NCBI GenBank assembly: GCA_011772755.1
Contig: WVYX01000273.1
Coordinates: 1 to 57,600, forward strand
From: Gemmatimonadales bacterium
GTDB taxonomy: Bacteria > Gemmatimonadota > Gemmatimonadetes > Gemmatimonadales > GWC2-71-9
Direction: 5' to 3'
DNA length: 57,600 nt
Shown here: positions 44,939 through 54,828 of the stretch, piece by piece
Position numbering within the stretch: position 1 is the first letter of the stretch
Layout of the letters: every line of letters begins with the position of its first letter
Made by a program: the position numbers and the translations under genes
The notes under the pieces: model-generated
What the model saw: only the letters and a program-made list of their open reading frames with translations
What the model was told of the DNA's origin: nothing
The model's database searches: none

Positions 44939-47353
44939 CTACGCCCTGGCGCCCGACACCTCCGCAAGAACCTGATCCAGCATCGCCACCAGGAAATCCG
45001 CGTTCGCTTCCGAGAACACCATTGGCGGCTTGATCTTGAGCACATTGCAGAGGGGACCATCGGTGCCGATCAGGACGCCGCGGTCCTTCATTCCCTCGAT
45101 GACACGGGCGGCGAGGTCGGCAGCCGGCTCCTGCGTCTCACGGTCGACGACCAGCTCCACGCCGAGGAACAGCCCCAGGCCCCTGACGTCGCCAATGGCG
45201 GCGTGTTGGGCCATCAGGGCAGCGAGCCGCGATTTCAGCCGCCCACCCACTGCCAGCGCGTTCGCCTGCAGCCCGTCCTCTTCGATGACGTCCAGCACCG
45301 CGAGCCCAACGGCGCAGGACACGGGATTCCCGCCGAAGGTGTTGAAGTACTCCATGCCCGTGTCGAAGGAGGCGGCGATCTCGGGCGTCGTGATCACCGC
45401 CGCCATGGGGTGTCCATTGCCGATGGGCTTGCCCAGCGTCACGATGTCGGGCACGACCTCCTGCGTCTCAAATGCCCAGAAGTGGGTGCCAACCCGACCG
45501 AATCCCACCTGGACTTCGTCTGCAACACAGACTCCACCGGCTTCTCGCACGTGGGCGTACGCCGCCTTCAGGTAGTTCTTCGGGAGTACGATCTGGCCGG
45601 CGGGCCCCATCAGGGGCTCGCACAAGAATGCCCCCACCGCTCTCCCCGCCCCATGCGCCTGCCCGATGGCATCCTGCACGTGCTGAGCGAACGCCTCTCC
45701 CGCCCCGTCCTCGTCTTTGTAGGGACCGCGGTAGCGATCCGGCATGATCACCTCGTGCACGTGTGGCGGGGCACCGGCACCGCCCGGCCCCTTGTACTTG
45801 TAGGGGCTGATCTCCACGAGAGCGCTGGTGTTCCCGTGGTAGGCACCGTCCACCACCACCACGTCCGTACGGTTCGTGTGCGCCCGCGCGAGACGAAGGG
45901 CCAGGTCATTGGCCTCGCTGCCGGAGCACACGAGGTAGCAGACACTCAACGGCTCGGGGAATGCCCCGCAGAGGCGCTCCACGTACTGAACGAGGCTGTC
46001 ATACAGGTACCGGGTGTTGGTGTTGAGGAGTGCGATCTGTTCCTGGGCAGCATGCACCACCCTGGGATGACAGTGACCGACGTGACACACGTTGTTGACC
46101 GCATCCAAGTACTCCCGTCCGGTCTCATCATACAGGTACTGCATGGATCCGCGCACGACTTTGAGCGGCTGCTCGTAGTGTACGCTGAGTCCTCTCCCAA
46201 AATGTCGGTCCCGCGCCTGGAGGATCTCCGGGACGCTCAATCCCGTCGTGCTCATCGACATAGCTGGCATGCGGCAACTGCTCCTGAACTCGTCGCGGGC
46301 CTGCCGCCGGGGTGTCCTGGCAAGCTTCTCCAGCGCGTCCCAGGCAGGCTTCTCGGATATCAAGAGATACTCGTTCGACGCATCGTGCTTCTTCCGGTAG
46401 GCTGAGACCGTGACGCTCAGGCACAGCCTCATGCAGATCAACTCGAAGAGCAACTCTTGCTCGACTTCGGTCAACGGGAAGCTCTCGTGATAGCCCCGCA
46501 CCACGTGCGCCGCCGCAGCTACCGGATCGGGTTTGTCGAGCAGGGCGTAGGCGGCACCGACTGCCAACTCGAAGACCGTGCGACTCTCCACCATGTCACC
46601 GAAATCGACGATCCCCACCACCGAGCGCACTCCAGCGCCACCGTCATCGACCAGTGCGTTGTAGTCGTTGCCGTCGTTGTGGATCACGCTGGCTCGCAGC
46701 TCTGGCAGTGCCGGGACGACGTCCGCTTCGAAGCGCGAGTGGAATTGCTCCACGATGGCGCGGCGTTGGCCATCCTCGATATGCTCCAGGTGCCCACCCA
46801 CGATGACGCCTGCGCGCTGCAGGTCCCAATACAGGTCGCGGCGAGCGCCGGGATGGGAGAATCCCTGGAAGGCACCATCGAGCCTACCGAGCAGTCTTCC
46901 CAAGCTGTGCAACAGTCTGGGGGTGTGGGGGCCGACCCGCACCAGGGGCGTCCCCGGCACGTAGGTCAGCATCCTGACAAAGTGATCCTGTCCCTGTGGT
47001 CCCGAAGCCGTCGTAAGGTGATCCCCAGAGAGAGCGGGACAGGGACGGGGGCAGCGGATGGACGGAGCGCGCCGCGCAACGTGTTCCATTGCTCCGTTCT
47101 GGGCGTCCAACACCTCTCGACTGTCCGAGGCGCTGGCAATCTTGAGGACGAACCGCTCACCCGACTCGCCCTCCACGAGGAAGTTCTGATCGCGCTCGCT
47201 GGGGAGTTGTTGGACGGAGCCAATGACTCCGAACAGCTCGCGGGCGAGTTTCACCGCCTGGGTGGGGGCGAACTGCGGGTTCTGGATCGCGGCTATAGCC
47301 ACAGGGCTCTCCAGGCTATCACCCAGCGTACCCATCGCCCCCCCACCCACCAC
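44939..47353 (-). CDS. Fusion of APH/choline-kinase-like phosphotransferase and class III PLP enzyme (hydroxylysine kinase / phospho-lyase-like)
   Basis: SERDQNF, HNDGNDYN, DFGD; then NNVCHVGH, SGSEANDLA, DEVQVGFGR, LGKPIGNG, NTFGGNP. Confidence 0.88.
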   Translation of the reverse strand: MVGGGAMGTLGDSLESPVAIAAIQNPQFAPTQAVKLARELFGVIGSVQQLPSERDQNFLVEGESGERFVLKIASASDSREVLDAQNGAMEHVARRAPSIRCPRPCPALSGDHLTTASGPQGQDHFVRMLTYVPGTPLVRVGPHTPRLLHSLGRLLGRLDGAFQGFSHPGARRDLYWDLQRAGVIVGGHLEHIEDGQRRAIVEQFHSRFEADVVPALPELRASVIHNDGNDYNALVDDGGAGVRSVVGIVDFGDMVESRTVFELAVGAAYALLDKPDPVAAAAHVVRGYHESFPLTEVEQELLFELICMRLCLSVTVSAYRKKHDASNEYLLISEKPAWDALEKLARTPRRQARDEFRSSCRMPAMSMSTTGLSVPEILQARDRHFGRGLSVHYEQPLKVVRGSMQYLYDETGREYLDAVNNVCHVGHCHPRVVHAAQEQIALLNTNTRYLYDSLVQYVERLCGAFPEPLSVCYLVCSGSEANDLALRLARAHTNRTDVVVVDGAYHGNTSALVEISPYKYKGPGGAGAPPHVHEVIMPDRYRGPYKDEDGAGEAFAQHVQDAIGQAHGAGRAVGAFLCEPLMGPAGQIVLPKNYLKAAYAHVREAGGVCVADEVQVGFGRVGTHFWAFETQEVVPDIVTLGKPIGNGHPMAAVITTPEIAASFDTGMEYFNTFGGNPVSCAVGLAVLDVIEEDGLQANALAVGGRLKSRLAALMAQHAAIGDVRGLGLFLGVELVVDRETQEPAADLAARVIEGMKDRGVLIGTDGPLCNVLKIKPPMVFSEANADFLVAMLDQVLAEVSGARA

Positions 47354-47372
47354 GCTCCTTTTTCAGCACCCT

Positions 47373-48818
47373 CTAGTGCCCGATCTCGTCGCCGTATGTC
47401 TCCCTCAACCCTGTCAAGTACTGCTCCAACCAGGCGGCCATCGCCCGGTGCTCTTCCTTCACGGTCTCGCGAAAGCGCTCGTCGGTGAGAAAGTGATAGA
47501 GCACCGCACTCATGATCTTGGCGTCCAGCAAGAACCCGGTGTGGCCCACTGGTTTCATGGAGTCCTGCCAGCGCGCGTATGAGTGCCCCGGCGCAGGCGA
47601 GGTGAACACGCTTACTCCGACGCCTGGAATGTCGCGAGTGACGAATCCGGTTTCCTCATAGCCCGCCGGACGCTGGGGTTCCGGATTGATCCCGGGCGCG
47701 TTCAGGGCCTCGGCGTACGCAAAGACCAACTCTTCCAACGTGCCCAGCGTTATGCCGTCGCGGTACTCGCCGTAGTGCTCAATAGTCACTTGGGTGCCGG
47801 TAGCCAGCGCTGCGCCCCGGGCGGCGTTGGCGATCATGGAATCGATGTGGGCGAGATACACCTCGTCTGGATAGCGGAGATAGTAGTCCACCACCACCCG
47901 GTCAGGTACCACGTTGGGAGCGATGCCACCCTCGGGGATCACGCCCTGGATCGATGCCTCGGGACGCAGGGTGGGACGCAGAGCGTCCACTGCACTGTAA
48001 AACTGCACCGCCGCGGACAGGGCGTTGCGGCCGAACCAAGAGGACCGCTGATGCGCCGCCCTCCCCGTGAAGATGTACCGCACCTCGTTGATGTTGAGGC
48101 AGCAGACTCCGAAGCCCGCCTTATTGCGGTTCGTCTCGTCCGATCCGTGGCTCCTCACCAGGATGTCGGCTGCTTCGAAAACGCCCGCCTGCCACATCGC
48201 GACCTTCGGCGGCGGCCCCATCTCCTCGGCCGGCGTGCCATACACCCGGACCCGGCCCGGCAGGCTCTCTTCCTTCATATACTCGACGATGGCGAACGCG
48301 CTGGCGAAGCCCACCGGGCCCTGCCCGTTGTGCTGGCAGCCGTGGAATGCCTCGTGGGTGCTGCGGAGCGCGTCGTATTCGACGATCACACCCAGCGTCG
48401 GGCCGTCGGATCCAGCCGGCGAATCCCAGCTCCCCACAAACGCCGTCTCGAGACCTGCCTGGCCAGTTTCCACCGAGAAGCCGTGGGCCTTGAGCACCGC
48501 GGTGAGCGTGTCCACCGCGTGGTACTCCTGGAACCCGACCTCGGGGTTCCGACCGATGTGATCGCTCAGATCGCGCAGCGAGGTCGTCCAGAGCTCCTCC
48601 ACGCGCTGGAACAGCCGGTCGCGACCCCGGTCGCGCCCCGCGGCCATCCTGCGAGCCAGCTCGGCCGGCTTGATGCGCGCTTGGAGCGCGTCAATCTCGG
48701 CAACCACCTGTCTTGCGGCCGCCCGTTCCGTCGGGGTGGTCTGAGGCAGTGCAGGTGCGGGCAAGAGGAGCTGAGCGCTGACGGCACAGAAAACGCAGAG
48801 TGGAATTCCGAACTTCAT
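47373..48818 (-). CDS. Exported M20 family amidohydrolase (AbgB/PM20D2-like)
   Basis: Signal peptide, NPEVGFQE, EYDAL, HGCQHN, GTPAEE, GRNAL, PNVVPD. Confidence 0.85.
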   Translation of the reverse strand: MKFGIPLCVFCAVSAQLLLPAPALPQTTPTERAAARQVVAEIDALQARIKPAELARRMAAGRDRGRDRLFQRVEELWTTSLRDLSDHIGRNPEVGFQEYHAVDTLTAVLKAHGFSVETGQAGLETAFVGSWDSPAGSDGPTLGVIVEYDALRSTHEAFHGCQHNGQGPVGFASAFAIVEYMKEESLPGRVRVYGTPAEEMGPPPKVAMWQAGVFEAADILVRSHGSDETNRNKAGFGVCCLNINEVRYIFTGRAAHQRSSWFGRNALSAAVQFYSAVDALRPTLRPEASIQGVIPEGGIAPNVVPDRVVVDYYLRYPDEVYLAHIDSMIANAARGAALATGTQVTIEHYGEYRDGITLGTLEELVFAYAEALNAPGINPEPQRPAGYEETGFVTRDIPGVGVSVFTSPAPGHSYARWQDSMKPVGHTGFLLDAKIMSAVLYHFLTDERFRETVKEEHRAMAAWLEQYLTGLRETYGDEIGH

Positions 48819-48908
48819 CGCCGGCCTCCAGTCGGTGCAGGGCGCAAGACCTGGGACACAACGGACTAAGATGAAGCGCGAACTGCCAAGTCGGGAGAGG
48901 GGAAGTCC

Positions 48909-48936
48909 GTAGGGCCGCTGCGTACTGCGCCCCTAC
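48909..48936. repeat. GTAG-type REP palindrome overlapping the DUF1445 stop codon
   Basis: GTAGGGCCGCTG-cgta-CTGCGCCCCTAC (10/12 stem). Confidence 0.55.
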
Positions 48937-49706
48937 AACTCTGCGTGACGCCAGTCGGTAATGAACATGTGCCCCGGCACTTGGGTGACCATCAGTTGCG
49001 GCCTGGCACGCATCGCCACCGCCTGAGGAGTGACCCCGCAAGCCCAGAAGACGGGTATCTCGCCCGCGGCGACCGAGACCGCATCCCCGAAGTCAGGCTG
49101 CTCCAGGTCGGCAATCCCAATCGCCGCCGGATCGCCCGTGTAGACCGGCGCCCCGTGGGCCAGCGGGTACCGGGTGGTGATCTCCGCTGCGCACTCGACC
49201 TGGTGTGACGGGATCGGTCGCATGGTTACCACGAGGGGACCGGCGAAGACGCCGGCCGGATGGCACGACCGATTCGTGACGTACATCGGCACGTTCTTCC
49301 TCTCTTCGACGTGCCGCACCGGAATGCCCGCCTCCTGCAGCGCCGCGTCGAAGGTGAAGCTGCATCCCAGAAGAAAGCTCACCAGATCGTCGCGCCACAC
49401 CTCGAGCAGATCTGGCAGCTCCTGAGCCAACTCGCCGTCCCGATAGACCCTATAACGTGGGAGGTCGGTGCGCAGGTCGGCGTCCGCCGCAAGGGTCGGG
49501 CATGCGAACCCGCCGGGGTCGGTCACAGCCAGGAGAGGGCAAGGCTCCGGATTTCGCTGGCAGAAGAGCAGAAAATCCTGGGCCAGAGCCCTAGGCACCA
49601 CCACTAGGTTGGCTTGGGCGAAACCGGTGCAGCAGCCGGCCGTGGGCCCCTGCCATTGGCCGCTCCGGATCCGCTCACGCATCTCTTGCGGGGAGAGCTG
49701 AGCCAT
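48933..49706 (-). CDS. Putative hydro-lyase, DUF1445 / D-glutamate cyclase family
   Basis: QANLVVVP, FCQRNPEPCPL, DLRTDLPRY, LGCSFTF, HGAPV, FWACGVTPQ, PGHMFITD. Confidence 0.92.
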   Translation of the reverse strand: MAQLSPQEMRERIRSGQWQGPTAGCCTGFAQANLVVVPRALAQDFLLFCQRNPEPCPLLAVTDPGGFACPTLAADADLRTDLPRYRVYRDGELAQELPDLLEVWRDDLVSFLLGCSFTFDAALQEAGIPVRHVEERKNVPMYVTNRSCHPAGVFAGPLVVTMRPIPSHQVECAAEITTRYPLAHGAPVYTGDPAAIGIADLEQPDFGDAVSVAAGEIPVFWACGVTPQAVAMRARPQLMVTQVPGHMFITDWRHAEL

Positions 49707-49962
49707 GCCACGGCTACCCGATTGGCACTCCATCCCAGAGCGGTCGGCAAGGGCGGCCCGGAGGGGCGCTCAGCGATCCGGCTGCCGCATCTCCGCAGGT
49801 CGGTCGACCACCCCAGCCTTCGTCACCCACTCGATGCCTCGCAGGTTCGGTAGTTGTCTTCATTATCTACAAGCTGGAATATGTGTGTGAAATTGCTTGC
49901 AACAAACTCAATTGAGTGTTAATAGAACTCCGCATGAAAACAACAATGTCAGGCGCACTAAT

Positions 49963-51228
49963 ATGTCCAGAAAGAACACGTTCATTCCTGTCGCATTACT
50001 TATCGTAGGCATCTGCGGGTGTGGGGATGAATCAACAAATGCCACTCACACGGCCGGAGAGGTTGACATAGGACTCATAACCCATATCACGGGCTCTCTC
50101 AGAGGTGGAGGCTATGATGTAAAGCAGGGTGTCGAGCTGGCGGTTGATATCATCAACAATGAGTATGATCTGGCGTTGCCGATGGCTGTTACAGCGGGCC
50201 TTACAAACATAAATGGGGACACGATCAAACTTGTCATCAGAGATGACCAGAGTGACGGAACAGTGGCGGCTGCGCAAGTTGAGAACCTCATCAATATCGA
50301 TGGTGTTGTCGCCGTAATCGGATCGTACGGCAGCGCCATCACGGAACCGGCGAGTGAAGCCGCCGAGAATCTCGGCATACCCTTCCTGTGCCCGGTTTCA
50401 ACGGCCCACAGCCTGGGACAGAGGAATTTCGAGTGGTTCTTCAGGACCACACCTGAGCTCAACGTCTTCGCCGAGAACTATTTCCACTTCTTTGCGGATA
50501 TCAGCACCTGGGGCCATGATTTCGATAGTATCGCCATCCTGAGTGTGAACAACATGTGGGGGAACCAGTTCGCCGATGTGATAAACACTCTCGCTCTGGA
50601 CAACGGATATACAGTCGTAGCGGATATCTCTTACGAGTTCGAAACCGGCACCCTCGACACTGAAGTCGGGCAATTGATGGCAGCCGGCGACGTCGTCCTG
50701 ATGCAGGCATCCTACCTTCCGGGAGCCCTGCTCTCCGTGCAGACATACAAAGCGATGGATTACGCCCCGATCGCAATCGTCACATATGGTGGCGGGTTCG
50801 TTGACGGTGGATTTGTGGACAGTCTCGGAGCCGATACGGAAAACGTTCTCTCTCGCGGGGATTGGGCGCTGGATCTGGCGGCCGCGAAACCCATCATCAA
50901 TGATGTCAACGCACTCTTTAACGCGAAATTCGGTGAGAATATGAACAGCAACGCCGCCCGTGCCTTCACCGGGATGATCGTGCTCGCGGAGGCGATTAAT
51001 AGAGCCGGCTCAACCTCTCCGGAGGCCATAAGGCAGGCATTGCTGGCAACAGATTTCTCAGAAGCGGAAACCATAATGCCATGGGAGGGAGTACAGTTCG
51101 ACGCCGCGACACATGAGAATGTTCTGGCACGAAGCATAATCGTCCAGATACAGGGCGGAGAATACAAGACCGTCTGGCCCTCGGCATACGCCTCAGCAGA
51201 TCTAGTCTGGCCATATCCCGCATGGTAG
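49963..51228 (+). CDS. ABC transporter substrate-binding lipoprotein (branched-chain amino acid/LivJ-like)
   Basis: Lipoprotein signal, GVELAVDIIN, DDQSD, GSYGSAIT, WFFRTTP, MPWEGVQFD; visibly AT-richer than its flanks. Confidence 0.88.
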   Translation: MSRKNTFIPVALLIVGICGCGDESTNATHTAGEVDIGLITHITGSLRGGGYDVKQGVELAVDIINNEYDLALPMAVTAGLTNINGDTIKLVIRDDQSDGTVAAAQVENLINIDGVVAVIGSYGSAITEPASEAAENLGIPFLCPVSTAHSLGQRNFEWFFRTTPELNVFAENYFHFFADISTWGHDFDSIAILSVNNMWGNQFADVINTLALDNGYTVVADISYEFETGTLDTEVGQLMAAGDVVLMQASYLPGALLSVQTYKAMDYAPIAIVTYGGGFVDGGFVDSLGADTENVLSRGDWALDLAAAKPIINDVNALFNAKFGENMNSNAARAFTGMIVLAEAINRAGSTSPEAIRQALLATDFSEAETIMPWEGVQFDAATHENVLARSIIVQIQGGEYKTVWPSAYASADLVWPYPAW

Positions 51229-51414
51229 TCTTAAGGAGCGTATCTGTCGTGACGATTTCCGGCGTCGGAGCATTTCTGGTACAATCAGCCTGAGCACCTG
51301 CAGATTCTCACCGTCCTCAGGACTCAGTCCCATCATGAGATCCAATATGGCTGCGGTGCCGATCGTATTCTCTCTCATCTGTTTCCGCATAGCCGCTTTC
51401 TCCCCGGGTTCGCC

Positions 51415-51858
51415 TGCGGCATCTTGAAGCACGGTTTCGCGCGGGTGCGCCGTGACAGCCGCGCGCACCAATACCCGCTCGGGTTCTCCCGCACGTGCCG
51501 CTATTTCTGTACCACTCGCCAAGCGGTTGGTGCTGTGGGGCCTGTGGCTGGAGGAAACTCTGCTCGCACCGGCAGGTGGTGGTTACCGTACCCGAGCGGC
51601 TCAGGCCATACTTGCTCTATCAGCGGGCCCTACTCGGTGACCTGGCGCGGGTGGCCGCGTGCACCATCACCGCGTTCATCCGAACTACGGTTCCAGTGTC
51701 CCCGCTGTGGCGGGGCCGTGCGCATCGTGGGGTTCATTACGGAGCCTGGTGTGATCGACCGAATCCTCAATCACCTGCGCCGCACCGCTACTGCCTTCCG
51801 CCACTCGCGCGCTCGGCCCAGCCGCTGGAACTCTCCCAGCAGGGCCGCCTCGGCGTAG
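51415..51858 (+). pseudogene. Degenerate IS91-like (Zn-binding/Y2) transposase remnant
   Basis: Across frameshifts: CGILKHGFARVR...FS.TCRYFC / AKRLVLW / HRQVVVTVPERLR...LLGDL / CPRCGGAVRIVGFITEPGVIDRILNHL; the catalytic middle is deleted. Confidence 0.8.
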
Positions 51859-52277
51859 ATCGTTGCGCCACCACCTCGGGATCCCTCGTTCGGGGGGTCC
51901 TGGTGTGCGCGGCGTCCCGGCTGGGGGCACTGGCGCCGGCTGATCCCGGCCGCGCGATCGGCTTGCGGCCCCCAAGGGGCCCCGGATCAGCCGCTCCCCC
52001 GCCGGTGGACCACCACATGGTCCCATGCCGACATATCCGTTGCCCATCGGGCCGCCGAACTCCTTCACTCACGCGCCAGCCCTGCCGTTCTCGGCGGCAC
52101 CCAGCACCGCCCTCCGACCCGGAGCCCGGACCGCTGCCCGCGGCCGAAACGTAGATCCCGGCGGCGCCTCAGATATGGCGGCGATGACACCCGACTCCGC
52201 CATTGCAACTTTGCCTGCCCCGGCACAATCTAAGGAAACGAGATCCAGCCTCAGCAAGTCGAGACGGAGGGAGAGCG

Positions 52278-54485
52278 ATGCGAGCCCACCGACCCACTCT
52301 CGTGCTCCTGCTGTGCGGTCTGCTCTTCGCGCCACAGGCGGCGGCGCAGGAGCGCGTGCCGACCCAAGAGGAGTTCTTCCAGATAATACAGGCAGAGGGC
52401 GTGGCGAAGGCGGTCGCGCTGTTCCACGCCGTGCGGCAGCGGAATCCCGATGCGGTCATCTTCGCCGAGTATCCGATGAACAATCTCGGTCTGCGATACC
52501 TGTACGGGGGCCGAGTGGAAGAAGCCATCGAGCTGCTCAAGCTCAACGTGCTGGCGTATCCCGAGGCATTCAACACGTACGACAGTCTGGCTGAAGCGTA
52601 CATGATCCACGGGGATTTTGACGCGGCGATCGAGAACTACGAGATATCGGTAGAGTTGGAGCCCGACAACATCCGCGGTGTTCGGTACATCTACCTCCTC
52701 CAGCACTACACGAAGGAAGAGCACTACATCACGATGCGGGACGGCGTGAGACTGTTCACGCAGATCTACGCCCCGAGGGACCGGAGCAAGACGTACCCGA
52801 TACTGCTCAGGCGCACGCCCTACTCGGTCGGCTACTACGGGCCGACGTACTTCCACCATCGTCTCGGTCCGAACGACCTCTACCCGAGAGAGGGCTTCAT
52901 CTTTGTCTACCAGGACGTGCGTGGAACGTACATGTCGGAGGGCGACTTCGTCGTCATGAGGCCTCACAAGCCGGACAAGCAGGGGACTCAGGATACCGAC
53001 GAGAGCAGCGACACCTACGACACCATCGAGTGGCTGCTCGATAACGTCCCGAACAACAACGGGCGGGTGGGGATCTACGGCATCTCATACCCCGGGTTCC
53101 AGGCGGTGATGGGGATGATCGAAGCGCACCCGGCGCTCGTGGCGTCCTCCCCGCAGGCGTCGCCCGCCGACATGTGGACCGGGGACGACTTCCACCACAA
53201 CGGCGCCTTCCGCCTCATGTACACCTTCGACTGGCTGGTCCGCAGCGCCCGCCAGAGGACCGGCCCGTCCACCGCCGGTCCGACGCGCTTCGATTACGGC
53301 ACCCCGGACGGGTACCAGTTTTTCCTAGACCTCGGCGTACTATCCAACGTGGATGCGCAATACCTGCACGGCCGTGTTCCGACCTGGAACGAGTACATGG
53401 AGCACGGCAACTACGACGACTACTGGAAACGACAGAGCGTGTTGCCACACCTTCAGGACATCGAACTCGGTGTACTGCACGTCGCCGGCTGGTTCGATGC
53501 AGAGGATTTCCGTGGCCCAATGGACATCTACTACACCGTGGAGGAGAAGAATCCCGACAACAAGAGCACGATCGTCATCGGACCCTGGCGCCACGGCGGC
53601 TGGGCGTCGATGGACGGGGATGCGCTGGGCGAGATCAACTTCGTGCAGAAGACGGGCGAGTACTTCCGAGAGAATGTAGAGTTCCCTTTCTTCAACTACT
53701 ACCTAAAGGACGAGGGGCCGCTAAACCTCCCGGAAGCGCTGGTTTTCGAGACGGGCTCGAACGAGTGGCGATTCTACGACCACTGGCCCCCAGAGGAGGC
53801 GACAAGGAGGTCGCTCTACCTCCACGCCGACGGCAGGCTCGCTTTCGAGCCCCCTTCCGACGACGCGAGTGAAGCCCACGACTCCTACATCAGCGATCTC
53901 GACAAACCCGTACCGTGGTCGACCGCCATTCAGACCCGGCAGGGGCATCTCTGGATGGTCGAGGATCAACGGTTCGCGGCACGCCGGCCGGACGTCCTGG
54001 TCTACCGTTCCGACGTGCTGACCGAGGACATCACCATCGCCGGGCCTGTCATCGCCGACCTCTTCGTGTCGACAACCGGTAGCGATGCCGACTGGATCGT
54101 CAAGCTGATCGACGTGTACCCGGACACGACCTCGGAACGTGGCGCTAACTCCCGCATGCGGATGGGTGGCTTCCAGATGCTGCTCGCCGGCGAGGTGTTC
54201 CGAAGCAAGTACCGCAACAGCTTCGAGAACCCCGAGCCCATTGTTCCGAACCGGGTGACGGAGATCAGCTTCGACCTGGGTGACAAGTGCCACACCTTCA
54301 GGAAGGGTCACAGAATCATGGTGCAGGTTCAGAGCACGTGGTTCCCCGTGATCGACCGCAACCCGCAGACCTTCGTCGATATCTATCACGCGACGGAGGA
54401 GGATTATCAGAACGCGGAGCACACGGTATTCCGGGCGCGTGAGTTTCCGTCGCACCTCGAGGTACTCGTGGTGGAGCGGGACTGA
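52278..54485 (+). CDS. CocE/NonD family serine hydrolase (alpha-amino acid ester hydrolase-like) with N-terminal TPRs
   Basis: Signal peptide, TPRs (NTYDSLAEAY), MRDGVRL, RTPYS, GISYPG nucleophile elbow, GWFDAED, GPWRHG. Confidence 0.92.
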   Translation: MRAHRPTLVLLLCGLLFAPQAAAQERVPTQEEFFQIIQAEGVAKAVALFHAVRQRNPDAVIFAEYPMNNLGLRYLYGGRVEEAIELLKLNVLAYPEAFNTYDSLAEAYMIHGDFDAAIENYEISVELEPDNIRGVRYIYLLQHYTKEEHYITMRDGVRLFTQIYAPRDRSKTYPILLRRTPYSVGYYGPTYFHHRLGPNDLYPREGFIFVYQDVRGTYMSEGDFVVMRPHKPDKQGTQDTDESSDTYDTIEWLLDNVPNNNGRVGIYGISYPGFQAVMGMIEAHPALVASSPQASPADMWTGDDFHHNGAFRLMYTFDWLVRSARQRTGPSTAGPTRFDYGTPDGYQFFLDLGVLSNVDAQYLHGRVPTWNEYMEHGNYDDYWKRQSVLPHLQDIELGVLHVAGWFDAEDFRGPMDIYYTVEEKNPDNKSTIVIGPWRHGGWASMDGDALGEINFVQKTGEYFRENVEFPFFNYYLKDEGPLNLPEALVFETGSNEWRFYDHWPPEEATRRSLYLHADGRLAFEPPSDDASEAHDSYISDLDKPVPWSTAIQTRQGHLWMVEDQRFAARRPDVLVYRSDVLTEDITIAGPVIADLFVSTTGSDADWIVKLIDVYPDTTSERGANSRMRMGGFQMLLAGEVFRSKYRNSFENPEPIVPNRVTEISFDLGDKCHTFRKGHRIMVQVQSTWFPVIDRNPQTFVDIYHATEEDYQNAEHTVFRAREFPSHLEVLVVERD

Positions 54486-54828
54486 CGAGAAACGCCAATG
54501 AGGAGCGGCTCGCTGAGCTGCGGGAAACCTTGGAGGCACGGCCGCGGCTCGCTCGCCTACCTGCCCACGCCGCTCGAATCCTGCCCCGGCCTCAGTTGCG
54601 AGTTCGGCTAACGGTCCTGCGCCAAGCCCGTGCACAGATCTGTACCTGCGAGCCTCATCCTGGTACCGCCCCTGAGGCTTCCGCGCCCCATGATACCGGC
54701 CTCCACTAGCGAGCGCTGGCTACATGGGAGCGCCGCCCGCTACGGCCAAGCGTGGTCCACCCCGGGATGCTCCGCAGTCGCGCCGAGCTCGCCCCCCCGG
54801 CCCAGTGCCCGGCGCCAACCGAACGCTC

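Noticed and set aside
44735-48869. Long plus-strand ORFs (556, 343 and 428 aa) and similar antisense ORFs elsewhere, e.g. 2140-3291, 22381-23577, 29397-30737, 56105-57319
   Set aside because: They are shadows of well-supported opposite-strand genes in GC-rich DNA and carry no recognisable motifs.
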